DNA of 64,000 bases from Podarcis bocagei (Eukaryota): the NCBI GenBank assembly GCA_964188305.1, contig OZ076885.1. One strand, written 5' to 3'. A program made the position numbers and the translations under genes. Shown piece by piece: positions 50,301 through 62,300 of this stretch (positions are counted from its first letter, which is position 1; each line of letters begins with the position of its first letter). The notes beneath the pieces are model-generated. The model was given only the letters and a program-made list of their open reading frames with translations, was not told where the DNA came from and ran no database searches.

Positions 50301-53300
50301 TTTTAAAAAATATTTCTATACTGCCCTTCACACTGCCTGTCACAAAGCTGTTTACAATATAAAAATACAAAAATGCATAACATAGTAAAAAACAATACCA
50401 CCAGCACCCCACTGTTTAAAAGGCCATAGATTGTACAATTAGCCAAAAGCCTGGGAGAAGAGGAATGTTTTTGCCTGGTGCCTAAAGATATGCAATGAAG
50501 ATGCCAGACGAGCCTACTTGAAGAGATCATACCAAAAGCAGAGAGCCACCACTGAAAAAGCCCATTCTAGCTGCAAATGACATTCTAGTCACAACGCTGC
50601 TGGTCTATGACTGTAATAAACTGATTGAAATTCTAGTCACAACTGAAGATGCCTGACCAGGCAAGAATATGTATATTTAACCAAAAAAAGCAGCCAATCA
50701 GCTTTTACCTATACTGTACTGAATACTCTCTTCTACAGTCTTCTAGAGTGATATGATTATAGTAAACAGTAAAACTTTTGGCTGGGTGGCACAAGATGTG
50801 AAAAGTAAATATACCTGTTTACCTAAACACAACATATCTTCCCAAGTCATTCACAATTATCTTAGGTTCTTTCTCTCTCAAAGCAATTAAATCAGACCAA
50901 AGCATGCACGTGGAGCTAATTAAATTATTAACTCAAAGTTACTCACTTGGAGTGTCACCGTTGATGTCACACTTCATCATTTCACTAACAAAATCACCAA
51001 GGGATGAATATGAAGAGCTGGAGTCATCATAATCCACACTGTCACTGCCACTATTTTAAGGGGGAAAGGGTGAGAAAGAATTAGAAGTGGCAAAAAAGGA
51101 AAGAAAAATATAAAGCAATAGAGAATGAGAACAGACCAGCAATAGAAAGAGAAGCAACTAAATGGAATATTTTATACTGCAAGGCTATGGTGGCATAGGT
51201 TTTGTTAAATGAACAGCTTCTCTTAAGTAGTAGGTCATCATATATACTGTATAACTCTGTGTTTGGAAATATAATTTTTAAAAAGAAAGGGGACAACTGA
51301 TTTTTACTCTACCAGAAGCATTTTTAAAGGGTGCAGAAGATGGAAGGTTAATAAGAAGGTGTTACGAGTAGCATACTGCAGCAACAGAGACTGGCGCCTA
51401 CATGTTATATTTTCAACACTAGCCAAAACCCTTTTTCTTCTGCCAGTCTTTTAAAAATGCTTTTCAGAACCTTTAGATTTGGATTATATGATACCCTGAA
51501 CTTCTGATTTGACTGTATTTTTTTTATCTTGCATTGTTAATGTTTTGTCAGATTATCTGTTAAACTGCTTTGGAAACGAGTGCTGGAAGCAGTATTGAAA
51601 TTTTTCAGGGGGAAATGGAAAAAAACCAGAAAGACAAAGGCCACTTAGAACCAGCTACATAAAGTTGCTCTACCCACTAACCTATCATCAGTCGGTTCAG
51701 AATCTGTTTCTCTCTCTATTGGGACACTCAGTGCTTCAGCTAGTTGAGAATTGCTGTCATAGACACGGTAATGAATTGGCTGCAACTGATGAGCATACCA
51801 CTTTGGCTTATCACCAATCAGAGCAGGGTCAAACATGTCTGTAGAAATAGTAAGAAAAATGAAGTTATTTCCATGATGTCATCCCCCAAAATCTCAATCA
51901 AGTGGGGCTGAAACTGCCCTACAGAAATTATATTGTAAATGGTAGGCAAAACATCAGTCCATAGAAAGATATTTGCTTAATGGGGTTTGAAATTAAACTG
52001 AATGTAGAACTGTCCCTCCATAGAACAGATACATGCATAATTTTATTTGTATGCCAACTTTCCACAGTTCAAACCAAAAAGGTGGCTTACAGCATGAAAA
52101 AATACATAACTACAACACAACAAAAGCAGTCATGAGCAATAAATAAAACAATAAAAAATACACAACCAAATATAAACCACAACAATTCTACACATCTGAA
52201 TTAAGATACAAAAAACAGCAACAGTCCCCAACCCAAACACACCAGCCCAAGAATCAGTTCAGCAGCCTCAGCCTTTTGTAGCTGGAGTCAGTTAGGGCCC
52301 TACCCTTCTAGGTCAGGTGAAAAAAGGCCTGCAAGGCAAGGGGTAAGTCTTCCAGGTCTCACAGCCAAGATGGTCAGATAGGATGCAGGAGACACTATTT
52401 CCTGACACTACTTTTGTATTAGAAGATTCAGCATTAATCAAGAGGTAACAGTAAACACAAGGCCAAGACTTACTGTTGTGGATTCTTTGGAAAGCATAAT
52501 TAGTTGGGTTGAGTGACCATTCCCCAAAGTATTCCACTGCCTGTGTCTTCGACAATTTATCTGCAAAAGGTGTCTGTTTTGGTCTTGAGGCTAAGAACGA
52601 ATTGGCCTGAAATGCAACCACAGGCCGGGGGAAGAGGCGAAGTGTGCGAGTATGCATCTGGAATCCTTGTAAAACATTTGGTGAATTGAAGAATCTCACC
52701 ATGGCAACCCTAAAAAAATCCAAAAGGTTGGTAATATATTCAACATGACAAGTCTGAAGGACACAGTACATTCACATATCATGAAAATTCTACATTTGCC
52801 TCTAGTAAGGGAAGGACAGCGGAATAAGGTCACCCATTCATAACTAATATCAACTGCGGCCTCAAGACAAAATATGCCCTATGGAAATAAAAGAAACACC
52901 AGTGCCCCTATTGTGCTGTGACCAAAGAAAAATATATTTGGCTTCTATTCTCACTTTCTTTCCAGTAAGCCTAGGGTACAAAGATGATATTGAGTTCCAT
53001 TATCAATTCTGAAGGCAAATAATCTCTTTTACAGTAGTTGGGCCAAACAGCCTAAGCCAATAGAAGGCACTCCACACCACCGAAGTCTCAAGTGGCAGAA
53101 GTAATGGAACCAGGAGAAGTCCCAAACTATGATCCCACTCTTTCAGAGGTAGTGTGACCCCTTCTAGAGCAGGCTGGACATTGAAGCTGGATAGAAGAAC
53201 CATCCACTAACCGTATCTCAGTCTTGTTGGATTATGTTTCAACTTCACACAATTGAAATCTGGCTGGTTGAAATCCCGCAAATTGATTGCTCACAAGGCA

Positions 53301-56300
53301 GAGAGCTTCAAAGTTCCTTTTGCTTTGGGTTTTCCCAACATGAAAAGAACTTTTAAGCTCTCAGACCTGCTAACTGTGCTCTGGAACACTCTTGAGAGAT
53401 CTTGTGGAAACTTGGATAGTCCCACAATATGTCACGGGAGCATCCCAGAGCCCAGTAAGCAAGTCTGAGAGCTTAAAAGCTCTCTGCCTCCCTTGAAAAG
53501 AAAGACAACCACACAGGTGTGATTCCAAGGGTATATGCATTTTTACATGTACATGTCATTTCTGGAACGTAACCCCCCACAGAAGATTCAATCATACAAT
53601 ACTACAATCTAACAGTGACTCGGTACATTCACTGTCTCGCCTGCAGAAGAAGAAAAGGAGAAATGAAGCTGCTTGTCATCAGCATAAAGAGGACAATGAG
53701 CTATAGAACTCTGTATGAACCTACTTAATGGTTACCTCTACATTCTTTTTTCTATTTTAAATTTTCAATTAGAAAACATAGTCAGATTTAACAGAATATA
53801 TATCTCAAAACAAAAGACTAGGAATGGCCAACAGGATGCTCTCCAAATGGTGTAAACCACAACTTTCATAATCCATGACCCACTGATCGTGCTGGGCTTG
53901 GGCCAATGTTAGTCGTTGTCCAAAATATATCTGGAGGGCATCACACTGGCTGACCGCTGTAATGGACTGTGTGGAATCTGTATATACACAAGAGAATCTC
54001 ATCCTCTAGTCTTATGCAGCCTAAGCAGTAGAAAATATTGTTAAAAACTGATGGTAGCTCACATAGAGTGTGTTCTAGTTTATAACAATAAATGTTCATG
54101 AAAAAGTCAATGAAAAAGCATTTGCTTTTTTACTGGAAAGCCACAGCATTTCAGCTAACATTTTCTGCAGGACAGAGCAGAGACCTTCCACTGTATTTGG
54201 AAATTTAACAAAAATACATTGCTCAGACTCACCGAGTGGCCACATCCACAGAGTCTACATCATTGCCATAGATCAGGGGGTTGAACTCTGTAGAAGGTGT
54301 GGACTGCATGTCATTCTGAGATTTCCCCGTAAGCAGTGGGATCTCCTGGCTTTCATGAAACTTCTCTAGGTTAAGAATAGGCTGGGTATTCAAGCTCATG
54401 CTAGCCAAAGCCTGAAGGGCAATAGGTCACAAGAGTAATAAATAAGAACGGCATTGTCAAAACTGCTTAAACTCATGGACAAACACAACCCAAGTGAAAT
54501 GTTCTAGTTCCCCAGAATCAAAATACACCTCTTTCAGCAGATCAGTAAACTTTTAAGCACTCTTTGACTAACCTTTGGCTGCTCCAAGCAGAGAAAAAGA
54601 GAGGACCTTACAACCATTTTACATAACAAATTTAGAATGCTGAATGGTAAATCTAATGACTTATTGGTTGACTAATTTAGTCACTTTATCATGCCCAAAG
54701 CAACCCAAAGCAACTTAAAATCCCCCAGGCTAACTAGTATTAGGAGGAGGGCAGGTGAGTAAAACAAGATTTATAAATATATCCCCCCCCCCAAATATAC
54801 TGGAAACTAACATGAGGAAGGTGAAATCCACCCTTTCAGTAGCTCAACTGTATAAAACCAGAGGATGGGTGTGTTAAAAATTAATAAACTGAGGCACTCC
54901 ACAGAGTACCCCAAACACCAGAGATAAGGCAGATAGTGGCACAAAAAAGGACTTTTTTCCACCTGTAGTATTCCAGTTGTAAAACACCTTTCCTGAAAGA
55001 AGGCACCTGGAGTTCACTTTGTTATCCTGTAGGCACAGGGTTATGCCCCAAGGTATATTTCATATTTGTTAAGTACTGGTTGTTTTACAAATATCCACTG
55101 CTGTTTTTTAATGATTAATGCCTTTGTGCATATTTTATTACTTTTTTGGATTTTTAATTGCATTGTAAACCACCCTGTGATAATTTTATTTATTTAAGGT
55201 ATTTGTATGCCACCCTTCATACCAATCCACTCAGTATTATTCTCTGCACTGAGATCCCAACTCCATCAATTTAAAAACTATCTTTTCAATCCAAATAAAG
55301 GTGCAGGGTCACTGTCCCCTTTCTCATAACTGCTAGTCAGGGAAGCTCAGGTTTCTAGGACAGTGCACTGTTTTAAACCCTACAGTCTTCTGCAGCTCAC
55401 ATGGCAAAGCTAGTATTTTCACAGAACTAACATCTCATGGTCTGACAACATCACCCAGAACATGAAGCATATAAGAGTTAAAGTTTTCACTTCCGCACGT
55501 AGTACACAATCTCATCAATCTAATTTTGCCTCGTCCTCCACTTCTTAACAGTTGTGGCCATCCTACAAACCTTGTGCCTTTCCCCTCGGCCTGAAAAGTG
55601 AGATGAGTGCCACATCCCATAGTTGCCTTTGACTGGACTTAACTATCCAGGGGTCCTTTACCTTACCTTTTTTTTTTAACCTAATCCTCCCCGTTTTTCT
55701 CAATGTCTGCCTCTCTCTCTCAACCTCCTTGTCCTTCCGTAAAGTTCATTTTCCCACCCCCCAAAGCAAATAAATCAAAACAGGTTAAAAAATAATCCAA
55801 TGGAAACTTGAGGCAGAAAAGAGTAAAATAAAGACACCTTTTTGTCAGGCGTGAGCAGCTGTTTCTGAGTGATTGCAGTCATGCTAACCAGACACTGGAG
55901 GCAAGATGGAAGATCACATGACAACACCAGCGGACAATCAGAGGCAAGACGAACACATGATCACAGAGAGACAGATGGAGAAAAAACTATTACTACTAAT
56001 ACCACAGATGAGAAAGGAAATAAAAAGGGATCATAAACAGTCACAGTTCCTGAGCAAGGCCAGACTGCTTTCACCCCACACATCTGCTTGCATACACCTT
56101 TTTAAACGGACTACTAGCCAGCTGTTTTCAGTATAAATATTTATAATGACACTGATCTGAAAGGGCAATAATAAGCCCGTATATATTTGTTAAGTATTTA
56201 TGCATGCATAATACTGTTGCGCCAATATTTCCCACTACCATAACTATGTTTTGTCACAAGGCAGTCACCTTCACAATGTCACCCACATTTCCTTTGCTTT

Positions 56301-59300
56301 ACCCTGTGGATAGTAAGGTTTTGTGTCTTGCATCATAGAATGAAAGGAATGGTTATTATTCTTTTGTTAATTCACTTCACACTGCTCAAATGTGTGGGAG
56401 TTTTGCTGAATAGCCCCTAAACTGTGGAGAGAGAAAAGCAAACAGATTCTGAATGAGCGGCTGGGGATTCTACTGTAAGGGTCAATGGCTGTTCACTGCA
56501 ACAGGTTACACAGGAAATCACAAACGGTTAAATGTGTAGTTCTGCTCTTCTATGGGAGCCAGAAACAGCAGCTTTTGTACTGCTAGTCTTAACACTTTAC
56601 CTTTAAATACTGCATGCAGCATGCAAGGAGGTGTGGGGGAAAGAACAGAAATAAAATCATAAAACCTATTTTGACAGACTCATTCAATCTGACTAAAACC
56701 AATAAATAGCTTCACAGGATTAGAGAAAGAGAACAAATATGGGCCTCATAGGCAGCAATATGAAAATGGAGAAAATGATCATTAAGAAAGGGGAAGGCAA
56801 GACAACTGAAAGCCCAGAGATTCTAAAGGGTGTATCATGCGGGAAAGCAGATTTGTTTGTAGATATTAAGTACTGGTTTAGATGACCATTTTAAATGTAA
56901 TGATGAATTGTTTTATGTAGTGCACAATATGCCATGAAGCTCTGATGTGTATGATTATCTTACAATACCGCAGGTTTTAAATGGGGGTTGATTAAGGATG
57001 AGATAAACCACAGCCTACCACAGCTTCAAATACACGAAAATGAGTTAACAATACACAGTAATAACACCTGCTGATTTCAATGTTTCATGACCACACCAAA
57101 ATGCTCATATGAAAACACACTGGTGGTTTTTTGTCCGGGGGGTGTGTGTCTCCCAATCCCTCAGAGCCAACTGGGGGAAGCCCTGTTGTGCAAGCAGAGG
57201 TCCTTGCACAGGGCTTCTGCTGACAGAAGCAATTAGTTGACTCTCACCCAGGATCCCAAAACATAACAAAGTGACCTGGTTTGGATGTAACACTAAATCA
57301 TAGTTCGGTGTTAGACTCACATGTTCCCCCTTTTCCTTCTGTCAGGGCTTCAAGGAGTTCAGAAGCTTTCCCTTCCATGTTAGATTAACTGCGGCTTACT
57401 GTGCCATTCAAACCTGGAGAATGTGTGGCTCATTTTAACTATGATCAGCTGAAACAAGCCAAATTCATACCTGTTTAGGAAGCTGGCTTGTTTCAATTAA
57501 TTGTAGTTACAATGAACCATAGTTTAGGGATTGGACAACCCACTAAACTCTGGTGGATCTACAACAGAAGCAGAACCTTCAGTTTTCCGCCTGAAAGTCA
57601 CACCAGAGGAGAGGCCACAAGCCTGAGGCTTGATTTCATAATTCTAAACTACATACTTGCCTAGGAGTAAATCCTACTATTAAATATAGCAGGACTTACT
57701 TCTGCATAAACATGTGTAGCATAGGATTGTAAAGAATCTGAACAGGTAGAAAGGCAAATCTAACAGAATTTTGGAACAAATTCAAAAATGTTACTAGATC
57801 AGAACTTTTTTTTTTTAACAAGCTTGACTGTTCACAATGTGGCACAACGGCATCCTGAAAGATGGGACTCAACAGTATTTCAGCTTAATATACAGTTGTT
57901 CCTTGTGCCAAGTGTTAAGGCCAGTGCTTTTTTCAGGGGGTATGCAGGGGTACGGATAACCCTAAACATTTTGTGAATCTAAGTTTGGCCTCATTGAGGG
58001 GCAGAATTTCAATATAAGTAGGAAAATGAGAGCACCCCTAAACATTTTTTTAGAAAAAAGCACTGGTTAAGGCTTTTAGCTATTTACAAATCTGATCCAA
58101 AGCCTTTCTTACTTTTCTATCTCTAGAGGCTCCTAGGCATTTTTATGTGAGCTTCTCTAAAGTAGAAACAGAGGACAGAAAAGTAAGAAAGGCTTTGGAT
58201 CAAATTGTAAATAGCATGCCAAGAGAAGATTATTGTTCAAGAAAAACGGCTGAAAAATGTAAATGGAAGGTCCTGCAGTTTCACAAGCCAAGTCAAATTA
58301 GAAAATAAGTGAACCTTAAATTAATATAGAAAGGCAATTTTTTGTTATTAGGGGAAATTTACAATGTGCTTTGAAAACAAGACTACAACTTCTACTTTGT
58401 GCCACTTAAAAGAGAATGAACTGGGGGGGGGGGTCAAAGTGTCTCCTCAAGGGAAAGGATACTTACTGGACCTTTGTTCAATAGTATAATTGGACAGAAT
58501 CTGCATCTAAACACACACCGGCTTTCCCTAGTCATCCTCTAACCAAGACCGACTGTGTTCCAAAGGAGCCATTGCAAAGATATATTTTTATTCATGGCAC
58601 AGAGCTACAGAAGTCCCATTGGACAGCAGAATTTCCTGCATTGAATGAAGTATCACTAATGTACCCACTATCAGCTACCTGATATAACTCTCTTTAACCA
58701 CATTTCTCATAATTTAGAAATGTTTCTTCATAGAAGTTGAAATAGTCATATTTATTTTAGAGAGTCCACTTTGAGTCTGAACTTTAGTAATAAGTTGTCC
58801 CATTATGATGCTGCAAACTGTGACAGCATCCTTAGTTATCTAATATACTAGTAGTGGAAATTCTCCCAGCCACATTCACTAGAATCCTTACATACCTGCT
58901 TTAAGTGCTTTTTCAATTCTAAAGATTCTGGTTCCGGCAAAACAGGTAATGACTCAGCATTTGTAGGAACAATCACCTGGAATAAAAATTTATAGAGAAA
59001 ATTGCGTTTACAAAAACTCTTGGAGTGGACAATCTTTTATGACTTCTTGGAAACAAGACAGAAATAGGGGCAGGAACCTTGAAGTGGATCTAATTTTTCC
59101 TATTGCTTATGCATTATTGGCTGTGCTCTAAGATGAATTCAGAACTGTCAAGCAGATGATTTGGTTTTCTAATCTGTCAACAAATTAAAATGTGACCTAA
59201 TTATGTCACTTTGCTCCTTGGTAACAGTTGTTTTAGAAAACTTTTCCTTGCCCTTTCAATGCAATATTTTTTTAAGTGTCAAAAACAATCACCATTTAAT

Positions 59301-62300
59301 TATAATTTTAAATTGTTCTTTTAAATATTGTTTTAACATAAAAGCCCTATAAATATATTAAACCAATAAACATATTTCAATTTGTCTTGCACATCAAGAA
59401 ACATTTAACAAAGGCTCTATGGGTGTGGCTATCCGAAATGTGTATTTGCTAAATTATAAATGTGTTTTTAAGCTGTCTTTTAGGGTCTTGCATGTCCAAT
59501 GTGGCCAACATAACACAATATAAAATATATTAAAAATCAGTAATCAAACAGTTACAAAGGACAGTGACTTAAAAGCCTAACCAGAACCATTTCAGTAGGT
59601 TATTACAAAACAACTTCAAGCAAATCTGCAATTTAAAAAACGAGCAGCTGTTAAAACCCTTTAATACATAAACAAACAAGGCAACATCTCTTTTGTGTTA
59701 ATTAAGAGAAGGAGGTGGGATTAGGAAATAAAATCAAAACACCCACACAGTCCCCTTCAAGAGGAATTATATATAAATGCTGTTTTATGAATAGGAGTTA
59801 CCTACCTTATTAGTATCCAGATCAACTAGCCATACATCATCTGGCATTTTAAAGTCTAGTTTGTAAAGAAAGAAGCTGGCTGGGACTCCAATGAGATAGG
59901 GTGTTGGGGCCAGAAGCAGCTGTAGCAGGCAGAAAATATTAATAAGGAAAAAATCTGAATCCTTACAGCTTTTCTGCTAACAATCCACCCACAATCACTA
60001 AAAGCAAACTACTGGAGAGATGACGACACTTAAAAGCATAAGCAAATGTTGCTACAAGAATTCATTAAACTTTGGGCTCAGTAAATTACTGTGAAAACAA
60101 TAGATGCTATAGCATTACTGAGGTAAAACAGGTGCACATCTGAATAGCAATCTGGATAGGAGACCACTGTGCATGTAAGAGCAATATATTCACATAGATA
60201 AGTATTTTTTAAAAGAATTTATCAAACACTGAGGACAGCAGAAGCTGACAAAACATCTAAATTTGGGAAGGCCTCCTTGCACAGGTAGAAAATGAGCTTT
60301 TCATCAAAGGACCAGATTATAAATGGAAGAAAACTGGTGCTTGAAAAGGCAGCCTGTGGTAAAAATGGCAATCAAAATGATATTGTGTTTGGAACAGCAC
60401 AAAAAAAAAACTGCAGGGGAAATAAGTTTTGTGGAGACCAGCAAAAGAAAACATTTGACAAAATAGGCCTTGCTAAGAAATACGTCCTTTGCAAACATTC
60501 TACGTTCTTGTAAAAGGTAAAAGAATAAGCCTAAAGCTTTAACAGCAGCAAGTAATGTTGCTGGAAATTGTTTTCCCTGTTTTACAATTATTGGCTCTTA
60601 CAGGAACTACACTTCTAGAATCACAGGTTTCCTGCAGGAGTAACATGACCCTTCAATCTTCTAAAGTAACTGTGGACCAAATTGCCTATATGGCATCAAC
60701 AGCTTTGGAAAAAAATATACCATATAACCACAGATATAATATGGAACATCTCAAAGTAAAGTTTACTCTTTTCTACACTGTCTGCCATTTCTATTCCTAT
60801 CACTAAGCTTTACTGTGATTTGTAGGAACATCTCAGTAGTTGCCAGGCACATTGAAAAATATGCATTTTAATTTAGACAGGACAAAACCCAGGAAGAATT
60901 CGACTATTCTCCTGATAAAAGGTTTCAGCAGTGTCACAGCGGTACATCCTTCACTGAAACGATGGCATACCTGCTCTGCAGAAGCCATACAGGTAGGAAG
61001 GAGAGGAATCACTGGGAACATGTACTCCAGTGGGTAGATCATAGCCACAAATGCCATGACAGACATAGAGAGCGCATTATAGTCCCGGGACTGCAACACC
61101 ACCTGCAACCAAGGAAACTCTTGTCAATACATCCACACAATTATTTTCTCATGATAATAAGCTCTTACTTAGGCTTCTTCCCATGGACCTTCATGTGATA
61201 AGTATTCTAATACTGCAAAAAGTTTTCCCTAATCAAATACTATTTCATGCAGAAGCCTCAGAATCTTTATTGCTTCTGTTAATAGGAAATTGAACGTTGT
61301 GATAAAAACATACATTCGTCCTTTCACATGGTCTTTGTTAAGTTTCTGTTGAAATGTTGAGGAACAGACATTGCAGCCTCTACGTCTGAAATGTCTACAA
61401 GTATATTGACACATGTCCCTCTCACCTTATGTTCCAGAAGAATGCAGGATAGCACCTGCAAACATGCATCCACACCTAAGAGCTCCAAGGGCAGGTGCAG
61501 GGGGAAATCCACCAGAGAGAAGCGGGATGGGTCAGGAAGGGCAAACGTCAAGGCTGGCTGCAATTCATGGGGTAAGACTTCCACATCCACGCGCTTCTGG
61601 CCAGCAACAGGCACAGGTGAGCGAAGCAGCCGGTAAATCCACGCCTCAATTTCACGCAAATCATGTAGCAATGCACTGGATTTCTCCTCCACTAGAAGTG
61701 AACCTGTGAAAATCCGCCATATTGTGTCCCTGTGTAAAAGCAACAAGATTAACCCCAAACACATATACTTGGTAGTTCTACTAAGAAACCTGCCAAAATA
61801 CTCAGGCTATGTGAATTCTTCCGTAAGAAGTCAGACTAGGGGGTATACGCATGTCCTATTATTTTATTTTGTTAACAAAACGCATATACCATTTGACTGT
61901 AGTATAACCTTTGAGCTATTGTACAACGCAGACCTAGGTGAAAAGAAGTATGGCAGAGCTTTAATTGCATCTTGTTGGAAGTATAAAATTCCTTGCAATG
62001 TATGGATCTATCTTTGCACTTATGTCACTACTAGAGACTCTAGCCCTGCTCAGTTTGCTCGACAATCCCATCTACCCATGCTTGCCAAAGTCGCCCACTC
62101 TCTCCCTTACAGAGCTTTGGGCTGCCACACCCTGCAGTGGATGTCTCTCCACAGATTTCCTGACCTGCCAACCCACTGCTTCTTGTCACACTATAAAACC
62201 ACCTGTTGCCCACCAAGTAACCTGCAGAATGATGACATTCTTACATTTATATTGTATTGTATTGTATTGTATTGTATTGTATTGTATTGTATTGTATTGT

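Noticed and set aside
57321-57338. 18-nt in-frame segment KEKGEH with gtgagt donor
   Set aside because: Acceptor lacks a pyrimidine tract and the region looks repeat-derived.
58467-58506. tag|ATGCAG...CCA|gtaagt exon-like segment
   Set aside because: 40 or 34 nt (frameshifting), weak acceptor, no regulatory motifs.
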